DNA of 32,000 nucleotides from Alkalilimnicola ehrlichii MLHE-1 (GTDB lineage Bacteria > Pseudomonadota > Gammaproteobacteria > Nitrococcales > Halorhodospiraceae). The translations under genes and the position numbers were made by a program. A model generated the notes under the pieces. The model was given only the letters and a program-made list of their open reading frames with translations. It ran no database searches and was not told the DNA's origin. Positions 1-7,161 of the stretch are shown piece by piece; within the stretch, counting starts at the first letter, position 1; every line of letters begins with the position of its first letter. Location of the stretch: contig NC_008340.1 in the NCBI RefSeq assembly GCF_000014785.1, positions 1,500,001 to 1,532,000 on the forward strand, in the 5' to 3' direction.

Positions 1-447
1 TTCCTGACCAAGGGCTATCAGGAAGACCTGGACCAGGTGCTGAACGGTGCCGTGTTCAGCTCCGACAATGACGAGATGGTGATTGTCCGCAACATCGAGC
101 TGTACTCCCTGTGCGAGCATCACCTGCTTCCCTTCATTGGCCGGGCGCACGTGGCCTACCTGCCGGATGGCAAGGTGATCGGCCTGTCCAAGGTGGCCCG
201 CATCGTGGACATGTACGCCCGGCGCCTGCAGATCCAGGAGAACCTCACCCGCCAGATCGCACTGGCGGTGCAGCAGGTCACCGGCGGCAAGGGGGTGGCG
301 GTCTATATCAATGCCCGGCATCTGTGCATGATGATGCGTGGGGTGGAGAAGCAGAATTCCGAGATGAGCACCTCGGTGATGCTCGGTGATTTCCGCGAGA
401 ACCCCAAGACCCGCAACGAATTCCTGCAACTCATCCGCACCCCCTGA
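1..447 (+). CDS. folE: GTP cyclohydrolase I (type I FolE), C-terminal part; 5' end outside window
   Basis: Frame 1 is open from base 1. The translation (...[60 protein letters not shown]...HLCMMMRGV...) carries the conserved FolE core including the CEHH zinc motif. Stop TGA at 445-447. Confidence 0.95.
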   Translation, partial: FLTKGYQEDLDQVLNGAVFSSDNDEMVIVRNIELYSLCEHHLLPFIGRAHVAYLPDGKVIGLSKVARIVDMYARRLQIQENLTRQIALAVQQVTGGKGVAVYINARHLCMMMRGVEKQNSEMSTSVMLGDFRENPKTRNEFLQLIRTP

Positions 448-470
448 GGCGATCGCCAAGGAGTCACCTG

Positions 471-860
471 ATGGTCGAGAAGGAACCGGCCCTTATCCGG
501 ATCAAGAACCTGCGCCTGAGGACCTATATCGGCTTCAAACCGGAGGAGCAGGAGAAGCTGCAGGACGTGGTGATCAACCTGGAGATCCGATACGACGCCC
601 TGGCGGCGGCGGTGAGCGACAGCGTGGACAAGGCGCTGGATTACAAGCGGCTCACCAAGGAGATCATCGCCCATGTGGAGGGGCATCGGTTTCTGCTGCT
701 GGAGAAGCTGGTCCACGATCTGTTGCAATTGGCGCTGGCCCACCCATTGGTGCAGGAGGTCGCCGTGGAGGTGGATAAGCCCCACGCCCTGCGTTTTGCG
801 GATTCGGTGGCCCTGCGCATGACCGCCCGGCGCGACACCGCGGGTGCCGGCGTGGCTTGA
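471..860 (+). CDS. folX: dihydroneopterin triphosphate 2'-epimerase (FolX) / FolB-fold protein
   Basis: ATG 471 is preceded by AAGGAG (458-463). IRIKNLRLRTYIGFKPEEQEKLQDVVINLEI...ALDYKRLTKEIIAHVEGHRFLLLEKL...EVDKPHALRFADSV tracks E. coli FolX as I recall it (IRIKNLRLRTFIG...[25 protein letters not shown]...EIDKLHALRYADSV). It lies 24 nt downstream of folE. Confidence 0.85.
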   Translation: MVEKEPALIRIKNLRLRTYIGFKPEEQEKLQDVVINLEIRYDALAAAVSDSVDKALDYKRLTKEIIAHVEGHRFLLLEKLVHDLLQLALAHPLVQEVAVEVDKPHALRFADSVALRMTARRDTAGAGVA

Positions 861-872
861 CCGCCCGCCCGG

Positions 873-2564
873 TCACGCGGCCGTGACCAGGCGGTTCTTG
901 CCGGCCCGTTTGCCCTCATAAAGGGCGGCATCCGCCCGTTCCAGCAGCCGCGCGGCATTGTCCCCTGGCCGATGTGCGGTGGCGCCGGCGGTAGCCGTGA
1001 GGGTCAGGGGCGGGTGGCACGGCCCGGTCATCGGCCGGGAGGCCAGGTTGGTGAGCAGCCGGCGCCCCACAATCTCCGCCTCCTTGAGCCCGCGGTCGGG
1101 CAGGATGAGCAGGAACTCCTCCCCCCCATAGCGGCACACCGGATCGATGCCGCGTACCACCTCTTGCATCAGGTAGGCCAGGTGTTGCAGGGCGCGATCC
1201 CCCACTTGGTGGCCCCAGCGGTCGTTGAACGGCTTGAAGTCGTCCAGATCCAGCATCACTACGGCCAGCTCCCGCTGCCGGCGTTCGGCGTCCTCCACGG
1301 CACGGGCCAGGAATTCGTCCAGGTAGCGTCGGTTGTACAACCCGGTGAGACCATCGGTGTAGGCCGTCAGGCGCAGCTGCGCCTGCTCATTCAGCAGCGC
1401 CTCCCGCTCCGCCTGGAGCAGGCCGATGCGGTCGGCCAGGGCCAATGACAGGAGCACCGCCTGCAGGCTTACGCCGATCTGGAAGCCGTAGTACGTTACG
1501 AAGTGATGAGGGACCAGCCCCAGGCCGGCCAGTGTGAAGAGCAGGGCCCCCACCACCATGACGAGCCAGGCCAATAGCAGCCAGCGTGCGGGTGGGAAGT
1601 CATGGTCGCGGATTGCGCGCGCGGTGGCGAAGAGGTAGCTGGCCATGGCCAGCAGTCCGATGGCGCTGGCGTAAAGCAGTGTGGCATGGCCGGGAAGGCC
1701 CCAAGCCAGCGGGGCCAGGGCGAGGCTGCAGAGGGCGGCTATCGGCAACAGGCGATCCATTGCCGGGTCGCGTTGCTCGGTCATCAGGAAACGGCGGCAG
1801 AACCACATAGCGCTGGCGCAGCCCAGCGAAAGGGCGGTGAACATCAGCGCCTCGTTGAGCGCTATCCCCAGGCCGGGCCAGAACTCGTGGGTGAGCCCCT
1901 TCTGAAACACGAAGTAGCCGGCGAGGCCGAGAATGAAGCCGACGTACCAGAGGTAGCTCGCATCCCTGAGCCGGAATAGCAGGATGGTGTTGTAGGCCGC
2001 CAGGGCCAGGACCAGCCCCAGGAAGAGGCCCTGCGCCAGGGTAAAGGCACGCCAGTCGCCCACCAGCGCCTCCGGGGACTGCAGGCGGAGATCGAAGCGC
2101 AGTGCCTGGGTGCTCTCGATTCGCAACAGGTACTGCCCCGGGGTGACATCGAAGATGGGGCGCCAGGCCTCGCTGCTGCCACCGCCGAGCCGGGCCATGG
2201 TCCGCCGGGGCACCGGGGCCCAATGGAGATCCCCCGCACTATCCACCCGCAACAGGCGCACATCGTGCAGCAGTGGATTGTCCAGGTGCAGGACCCGGGG
2301 GGGCGGTGCCGAGATCTCCAGGTGCAGCCAGACCGGGCGCGATGAAAGCCCCAGGTTAATGGGCCGGCTGGCGTCCAACACCTGACCGGCAGGCAGCAGA
2401 TGGACCGGCGGGGGGTGGGGGTCGTGGTGGTCGAGCCGTTTCAGCTGTAGCTCGGCACCGGCCAGGCCGGGCAGAGCCAGGAACAGGGCGATGAGCCACG
2501 CCGCCAAAGGCCGGTCTCTTCGGTATCCTCGGTTTCCGGTGGTGTTTCCCGTCGCCATTCCCAC
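873..2564 (-). CDS. membrane diguanylate cyclase: periplasmic 7TMR-DISMED2-like domain + 7 TM + GGDEF
   Basis: N-terminal signal/TM, then a roughly 150-aa extracytoplasmic segment, a block of about 7 hydrophobic helices, a coiled linker, then [10 protein letters not shown]...[11 protein letters not shown] (GGEEF active site). RGID lies five residues upstream of GGEEF (RxxD I-site). The start is uncertain: GTG 2564 or ATG 2558. Confidence 0.85.
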   Translation of the reverse strand: MGMATGNTTGNRGYRRDRPLAAWLIALFLALPGLAGAELQLKRLDHHDPHPPPVHLLPAGQVLDASRPINLGLSSRPVWLHLEISAPPPRVLHLDNPLLHDVRLLRVDSAGDLHWAPVPRRTMARLGGGSSEAWRPIFDVTPGQYLLRIESTQALRFDLRLQSPEALVGDWRAFTLAQGLFLGLVLALAAYNTILLFRLRDASYLWYVGFILGLAGYFVFQKGLTHEFWPGLGIALNEALMFTALSLGCASAMWFCRRFLMTEQRDPAMDRLLPIAALCSLALAPLAWGLPGHATLLYASAIGLLAMASYLFATARAIRDHDFPPARWLLLAWLVMVVGALLFTLAGLGLVPHHFVTYYGFQIGVSLQAVLLSLALADRIGLLQAEREALLNEQAQLRLTAYTDGLTGLYNRRYLDEFLARAVEDAERRQRELAVVMLDLDDFKPFNDRWGHQVGDRALQHLAYLMQEVVRGIDPVCRYGGEEFLLILPDRGLKEAEIVGRRLLTNLASRPMTGPCHPPLTLTATAGATAHRPGDNAARLLERADAALYEGKRAGKNRLVTAA

Positions 2565-2653
2565 GCTCAGTATGAAGGCAATAGTCGCATCGTACTGGTT
2601 TGGCGAAGCGGGGTGCAGTCCCGGCGGGAAGGGCGGGCGCGGCGGGCCGCATC

Positions 2654-2662
2654 TGGTAACAT
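2654..2662 (+). promoter_or_regulatory. possible extended -10 promoter element for gltX (TGgTAACAT)
   Basis: TGGTAACAT followed by a GC-rich GCGCGCC, 38 nt upstream of the gltX ATG. The same TAACAT hexamer plus GC-rich discriminator recurs at both tRNA-Ala promoters. No convincing -35. Confidence 0.35.
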
Positions 2663-2699
2663 GCGCGCCATTCGGAGTTCATCAGCGGGAAAGCAGACC

Positions 2700-4115
2700 A
2701 TGGCCAAGATAAAAACACGCTTCGCTCCCAGCCCCACCGGTTACCTGCACATCGGCGGGGCCCGCACGGCGCTCTATTCCTGGCTTTATGCGCGCCGGCA
2801 CGGCGGTCATTTCGTACTGAGGATCGAGGACACCGACCGGGAGCGCTCCACCCAGGAGTCGGTCAATGTCATCCTTGAGGGGATGAGCTGGTTGGGCCTG
2901 GACTACGATGAGGGGCCCTTTTACCAGACCGAGCGCTTCGACCGCTACCGCGAACTCACCCAACGCCTGCTGGACGAGGGCCTGGCCTACCGCTGTTACT
3001 GCTCCAAGGAGCGCCTGGACGCGTTGCGCCAGGAACAGATGGCCAACAAGCAGAAACCGCGCTATGACGGTCGCTGCCGGGATCTGACCGAGCCGCCGGA
3101 AGGGGCCGGTGAGCCCGTGATCCGCTTCCGCAACCCCCTGGACGGGGAGGTGGTGGTCGAGGACCGGGTGCGGGGGCGGGTGGTGTTCCGGAACAGCGAG
3201 CTGGACGACCTGATCATTGCGCGCGCGGACGGCACCCCCACCTACAACTTCACCGTGGTGGTGGACGACATGGACATGGGGATCACCCATGTGGTGCGCG
3301 GTGATGACCACCTCAACAACACGCCCCGCCAGGTCAATCTCTACCGGGCCCTGGGGGTGGAACCGCCGGTCTTCGCCCACGTGCCCATGATCCTGGGCGA
3401 GGATGGCAAGCGGCTGTCCAAACGCCATGGGGCGGTGAGCGTGCTGCAGTACCGCGATCAGGGCTACCTGCCGGAGGCCGTCCTCAATTACCTGGTGCGC
3501 CTGGGTTGGTCCCATGGCGATCAGGAGGTCTTCACCCTGGACGAGATGGTGAGCCTCTTCGACCTGGAGGATATCAACCACTCCGCCTCCACCTTCAACC
3601 CGCAGAAGCTCCTGTGGTTGAACCAGCAACACATCATGCGCGCCGAGCCCGCGCATGTGGCCCGCTACCTGGCCCATCATCTCGGCGAGCGGGATATCGA
3701 TCCCGCCGACGGGCCGCCCCTGGAAGCGGTGGTGGCGGCGCAGCAGGAACGTGCCAAGACGCTGGTTGAGATGGCCGAGAACAGCCTCTTCTTCTACCGT
3801 GACCCGGCGGACTATGAGCCGAAGGCGGCACGCAAGAACCTCAAACCGGAGACCGAGGCGGCGCTGGTCCGGGTGCGGGATCTGCTGAGTGAACTCGAGG
3901 ACTGGCGCCCGGAAGCCATCCACGAGTGTGTGCTGAAGGCGGCGGAGGTCCTGGAGCTCAAGCTGGGCAAGGTGGCGCAACCGGTCCGGGTGGCCGTCTC
4001 CGGCGGCCCCGTGTCGCCGCCCATCGACCAAACCCTGGCGCTGTTGGGTAAAGAGGCGACCCTGCGCCGGATCCAGGCCGCTATCGACTGGATCGACCGG
4101 CAGGCGGCGGGTTGA
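2700..4115 (+). CDS. gltX: glutamate--tRNA ligase
   Basis: [26 protein letters not shown] (HIGH motif) and [10 protein letters not shown] (KMSKS-type motif), with class-I GluRS architecture throughout. The track ORF starts at 2613, but homology begins at ATG 2700. Confidence 0.95.
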   Translation: MAKIKTRFAPSPTGYLHIGGARTALYSWLYARRHGGHFVLRIEDTDRERSTQESVNVILEGMSWLGLDYDEGPFYQTERFDRYRELTQRLLDEGLAYRCYCSKERLDALRQEQMANKQKPRYDGRCRDLTEPPEGAGEPVIRFRNPLDGEVVVEDRVRGRVVFRNSELDDLIIARADGTPTYNFTVVVDDMDMGITHVVRGDDHLNNTPRQVNLYRALGVEPPVFAHVPMILGEDGKRLSKRHGAVSVLQYRDQGYLPEAVLNYLVRLGWSHGDQEVFTLDEMVSLFDLEDINHSASTFNPQKLLWLNQQHIMRAEPAHVARYLAHHLGERDIDPADGPPLEAVVAAQQERAKTLVEMAENSLFFYRDPADYEPKAARKNLKPETEAALVRVRDLLSELEDWRPEAIHECVLKAAEVLELKLGKVAQPVRVAVSGGPVSPPIDQTLALLGKEATLRRIQAAIDWIDRQAAG

Positions 4116-4130
4116 GGCCCGCTGTCGGGG

Positions 4131-4159
4131 TTGACCGGCGCGCCGTAGCGGCCTAACAT
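4131..4159 (+). promoter_or_regulatory. sigma-70 promoter of first tRNA-Ala (TTGACC-17 nt-TAACAT)
   Basis: TTGACC at 4131-4136, a 17-nt spacer, TAACAT at 4154-4159, then a GC-rich discriminator (ACGCGCC). The tRNA 5' end is 17 nt downstream of the -10. Confidence 0.6.
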
Positions 4160-4175
4160 ACGCGCCTCATTGCAC

Positions 4176-4251
4176 GGGGCCATAGCTCAGCTGGGAGAGC
4201 GCCTGCATGGCATGCAGGAGGTCGGCGGTTCGATCCCGCCTGGCTCCACCA
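4176..4251 (+). tRNA. tRNA-Ala (anticodon GGC), CCA encoded
   Basis: 76-nt cloverleaf: acceptor GGGGCCA/TGGCTCC with the G3:U70 alanine identity pair, anticodon stem CCTGC/GCAGG, loop ATGGCAT (anticodon GGC), T-arm GGCGG-TTCGATC-CCGCC, 3' ACCA. Confidence 0.97.
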
Positions 4252-4336
4252 GATCCACCGGGGTGGGCGGGCCACCGCCACCCCGGAAGCGGTTGCCCGA
4301 AGGCGCGGTGTCAAGGCAGCCGCTCCTTCCGCTGGC

Positions 4337-4365
4337 TTGACGCAACCGGCGGGGGAACGTAACAT
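4337..4365 (+). promoter_or_regulatory. sigma-70 promoter of second tRNA-Ala (TTGACG-17 nt-TAACAT)
   Basis: TTGACG at 4337-4342, a 17-nt spacer, TAACAT at 4360-4365. The tRNA 5' end is 15 nt downstream. The architecture duplicates the promoter at 4131-4159. Confidence 0.6.
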
Positions 4366-4379
4366 ACAGCGCCAGTTAC

Positions 4380-4455
4380 GGGGCCATAGCTCAGCTGGGA
4401 GAGCGCCTGCATGGCATGCAGGAGGTCGGCGGTTCGATCCCGCCTGGCTCCACCA
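4380..4455 (+). tRNA. tRNA-Ala (anticodon GGC), second identical copy
   Basis: 76 nt, identical in sequence to 4176-4251. The repeat unit offset is 204 bp. Confidence 0.97.
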
Positions 4456-4461
4456 GAGAAG

Positions 4462-4491
4462 AAAAAAGCCGGGCAATGCCCGGCTTTTTTT
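4462..4491. terminator. bidirectional rho-independent terminator
   Basis: Stem GCCGGGC (4468-4474) pairs with GCCCGGC (4478-4484) around loop AAT. It is flanked by A6 upstream and T7 downstream. It sits between the tRNA pair (+) and the converging CMD gene (-). Confidence 0.85.
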
Positions 4492-4533
4492 GTGTCCGGA
4501 CGGCTTAGTCGTCGGTCGGCACGCCCGGGCGGC

Positions 4534-4875
4534 TCAGCCGGCGAACTCGTCGAAGGCCTCAAGCGCCATGCCGCCATAGACGAAGGCCGGGCCGCCCCCC
4601 ATCTGCACCGCCACCGCGATCATCTCCTGCACCTGTTCCCGGGTCGCACCGTGCTTGGCCGCGGCCTGGGCATGAAAGGCCAGGCAGCCCTCGCAGTGGG
4701 CGGCGATACCCAGTGCCAGCGCGATGAGCGATTTGGTGGCGGGATCCAGCGCCCCCTCCCGGCCACTGACCTGCTTGAGTTGATTGAAACCCCTGGCCGT
4801 CTCCGGGACGCCCTTGGCCACCTCCTTCATGCGGCCGCTCATCAGTTCGGCGAGCTTCGCCCAGTCCTCTGCCAT
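4534..4875 (-). CDS. carboxymuconolactone decarboxylase (AhpD-like) family protein with CxxC
   Basis: 113 aa. ...ATKSLIALALGIAAHCEGCLAFHAQAAAKHGATREQVQEMIAVAV... is the typical CMD/AhpD fold signature with redox-type HCxxC. RBS AGAGGAG lies upstream of ATG 4875. It is 5 nt downstream of the mobA stop. Confidence 0.8.
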   Translation of the reverse strand: MAEDWAKLAELMSGRMKEVAKGVPETARGFNQLKQVSGREGALDPATKSLIALALGIAAHCEGCLAFHAQAAAKHGATREQVQEMIAVAVQMGGGPAFVYGGMALEAFDEFAG

Positions 4876-4880
4876 CTGCT

Positions 4881-5513
4881 CTACTCCTCTCTCAGTCGTT
4901 GATCGAGTATTGCCAGCTCGTTCGGTGTATTGACGTTCAGGAAAGCCTCAGGCGGGGCCTCCAGGTCCACCACCGCCAGGCGGTGGCGCCGGTACCAGCG
5001 GTCGATTTTGCCCTCGCCGGCGGTGAGGTAGGCCCGCAGGTCCCCGGCGAGATCGCACCGGATCAGCGCGAAGGTGGGCTGCAGGCGGCCGGCGCCATAG
5101 GCGGTGGCGATGTCCGCCCGCTCCCGTGTCCGCGCATCCGCCAGCCGTTTGACCAGGTCGTGCGGGAGCAGTGGGGCGTCGCAGGGGACGATCGCGATGA
5201 ACTCGGTGGCGGCCGCCTCCATGCCGCTCAGCATCCCGGCCAAGGGGCCGGGATAATCCGGCAGGCTGTCCTCCACCACCGGGTGGCCGAGGGCACGGTA
5301 ACGGTACAGGTGGCGGTTGGCATTGATGAGCACCCGCTGCACCTGGGGGCAGAGGGCGCGCAGCACCCAGTGGATCATCGGCTGGCCGGCCAGGGGTAAC
5401 AGCCCCTTGTCCTGCCCCCCCATCCGGCGGGCCCGGCCCCCGGATAACACCACCCCGGTGATGCCCGGTTGGCGCGCCGGTCTGGCCTGGGACGATGATG
5501 CGGTATCCGGCAT
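4881..5513 (-). CDS. mobA: molybdenum cofactor guanylyltransferase
   Basis: ITGVVLSGGRARRMGGQDKGLLPLAGQP...VLINANRH...VEDSLPDYPGPLAGMLSGM...IVPCDAPLLP...FLNVNTPNEL closely parallels E. coli MobA. The start is trimmed from 5621 to ATG 5513 (GAGGAG RBS), which removes overlap with the upstream gene. Confidence 0.9.
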   Translation of the reverse strand: MPDTASSSQARPARQPGITGVVLSGGRARRMGGQDKGLLPLAGQPMIHWVLRALCPQVQRVLINANRHLYRYRALGHPVVEDSLPDYPGPLAGMLSGMEAAATEFIAIVPCDAPLLPHDLVKRLADARTRERADIATAYGAGRLQPTFALIRCDLAGDLRAYLTAGEGKIDRWYRRHRLAVVDLEAPPEAFLNVNTPNELAILDQRLREE

Positions 5514-5556
5514 AGCAGGGGGTGCTCCTCTGTGATAAGCGACGGATGGGATTGTC

Positions 5557-6321
5557 TCAGGCGCGGATGAGCTCGACCAGCGCCTGCTCCCGGCGCATGC
5601 TCGCCAAGACCACCCGGTCAAAGCGCTCGGTGTTTTCCAGGACCCGCTCCGCCACGCGGCGGGCGCGGGCGCGATCCGTGTCGGAATCCACCATATTGAT
5701 CAGCGGGGTCACGCGGCGCCCGCCCAGCCCACGCATCAGGCCACCCCTTCCGGTCAGCAGCCGGGCCAGGTGTTCGGGCCCGATGATTCCGCCCGGCTCC
5801 AGGTCCACCGCCTCGCTGACCCGTTCCGGGCGATGGGCGACCCGATGGTCCAGGGGGCGACCCACCGCCTTGATCGAGAGCACGGCGATCACCCGCTGGC
5901 AGCCCGGTGTCAGCAGTGGCTCATTGTCGCCGGGGGCCTTGATGCGCCGCATCCGGGCGCCATCCGCCTTGACCAGTGTGACCCGGCGATGGAGCCCATG
6001 GTGCAGCCGGTCGATCAGCTCCGGGGCCAGCCCCGTGTGGCGGTCGGCGCGTTCCGGGGCGCCGTAGAAGGCCACCGGCGAGGCCGGGTAAGCGCGCGCC
6101 GTCGCCGGGGCGCGGGCCGCCAGTTGGTCCGCGTCGCCAGTGAGCACAGGGTGGGGCAGCCAGTCGGGCAGGGGGGCGCAGAACACGGTGCTGCTCAACC
6201 CCACAGCCCGGTCCCGCTGCAGCCAGGCCAACCGGGCCATGGTGGTCTTCTTGCCACCGGCCCCGATCAGACACACCACGCCTTCATCGGCCGCTAAGGC
6301 ATCGATCAGCCCCACTTGCAC
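5557..6321 (-). CDS. yqeC: YqeC-family P-loop protein (putative molybdenum-hydroxylase / selenium-cofactor accessory protein)
   Basis: N-terminal VVCLIGAGGKKTTMARLA (GAGGKTT-type P-loop) and central LVKADGARMRRIKAPGDNEPLLTPG match my recollection of the YqeC (TIGR03172) family pattern. GTG start at 6321 with AGGAGGG RBS. The family call was not verified by a search. Confidence 0.6.
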   Translation of the reverse strand: MQVGLIDALAADEGVVCLIGAGGKKTTMARLAWLQRDRAVGLSSTVFCAPLPDWLPHPVLTGDADQLAARAPATARAYPASPVAFYGAPERADRHTGLAPELIDRLHHGLHRRVTLVKADGARMRRIKAPGDNEPLLTPGCQRVIAVLSIKAVGRPLDHRVAHRPERVSEAVDLEPGGIIGPEHLARLLTGRGGLMRGLGGRRVTPLINMVDSDTDRARARRVAERVLENTERFDRVVLASMRREQALVELIRA

Positions 6322-6654
6322 GCGCCCTCCTGATTCACAGTAAAGGAATATGTATCGAATAGGGTTTTATTTAGCCCATGGGGTGTAGGCGGTGCAGAAT
6401 GCCTCCTGGCTGCGCAGTGATCAAGTTCGCCTTACCGTGCTGCCGGTGAATGAAACAGCTGCAACCGTGGGGGAAATCCCTTAGCATGCTTCCTCATAAG
6501 CGGAGGGTTTCGTATGAACCGAACTCGAGCCCCGTGGCCTTGACACCTCAACGCGAGGCGTGACGGATTCGCGACGGCCGCGTCGGCGGTCGGGGCACGG
6601 CCGGGAGGCCGGTGGGTAGCGGCCCTTAAATGCCTGAACTAGAATATATTGAAT

Positions 6655-6984
6655 ATGAATGATACTCTAGACATCGAACAGATGACCCGGAATGCGGCCT
6701 ATGCCAGCCGTTTCCTGAAGACCTTGGCCAACGAGCGACGGTTGATGATCCTGTGCCACCTGGTGGAGGGGGAGAAATCGGTCGGCGAGTTGGAACGACT
6801 GCTGCAGATGCGCCAGCCGGCCCTCTCGCAGCAGCTCACCAAGCTCAGGGAGGAAAAGCTGGTGGCGACCCGCAGGGAGTCCCGCACCATCTACTACCGG
6901 ATGGCCAGCGATGAGGCCCTGGCGGTGTTGGGCAAGCTGCACGAACTCTTCTGCGGCGCCGCCTCGGACGCAGAGGCCGGTTAG
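6655..6984 (+). CDS. ArsR/SmtB-family winged-helix regulator, two-cysteine (SqrR/BigR-like) type
   Basis: ...FLKTLANERRLMILCHLVEGEKSVGELERLLQMRQPALSQQLTKLREEKLVATRRESRTIYYRM... is a canonical ArsR HTH. There are only two Cys, at residues 34 and 100 counted from ATG 6655. The track ORF begins at TTG 6649; ATG 6655 is preferred. Confidence 0.85.
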   Translation: MNDTLDIEQMTRNAAYASRFLKTLANERRLMILCHLVEGEKSVGELERLLQMRQPALSQQLTKLREEKLVATRRESRTIYYRMASDEALAVLGKLHELFCGAASDAEAG

Positions 6985-7161
6985 CGGCCGGCCCAGGGTG
7001 TTCGGCCCGCGGCCCTGTCGTCCGGCGGGCCTTTGGAGTCGCATTGCCTGATTCCCGGTCGCTCGGATCGGGTCGGCGCCCGATCGGGGCCGGTGGACTG
7101 TTCAGCATTCTCCTCTCCGATGCCCCGTCCGCGGGCCCGGAGGCGTTCTCCCGAGGAAGTG

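Noticed and set aside
871-888. Hairpin GGTCAC-GCGGCC-GTGACC between folX and the GGDEF gene, considered as a bidirectional terminator.
   Set aside because: The stem is only 6 bp, there is no U- or A-tract, and it overlaps the last codons of the GGDEF gene. The evidence is insufficient.
2682-4031. 449-aa ORF antisense to gltX. Similar long mirror or off-frame ORFs occur at 13947-15734, 13414-14445, 15692-16798, 16710-17576, 18160-18996, 19126-20085, 20868-22241, 21481-22479, 22208-23158, 23128-24183, 27631-28764 and 28590-29807.
   Set aside because: Each overlaps a gene with clear family motifs on the other strand or in another frame. Their translations are Arg/Pro/Gly/His-rich low-complexity strings with no recognisable motifs. 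Long stop-free antisense frames are expected in DNA this GC-rich.
4116-6321. Possible genomic island integrated at the tRNA-Ala genes.
   Set aside because: There is no integrase, no visible partial duplication of the tRNA 3' end (att-like repeat), and no compositional break. The flanking genes (CMD, mobA, yqeC) are ordinary chromosomal functions with the same GC and codon style.
7034-7048. Sigma-54-like TTGGAGTCGCATTGCC upstream of the SulP gene.
   Set aside because: The GG and GC dinucleotides are separated by 9 nt, not the required 10, and the -24 box is TGGAGT rather than TGGCAC. I treat it as chance.
7033-7161. N-terminal over-extensions in the ORF track: SulP 7033, gltX 2613, mobA 5621, moaC 25375, Usp 15713, nagZ 28524, thiC 20259 and glpK 18227.
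   Set aside because: In each case homology begins at an internal ATG that has its own SD. The extra residues are Arg/Pro-rich, or overlap the neighbouring gene or the riboswitch.
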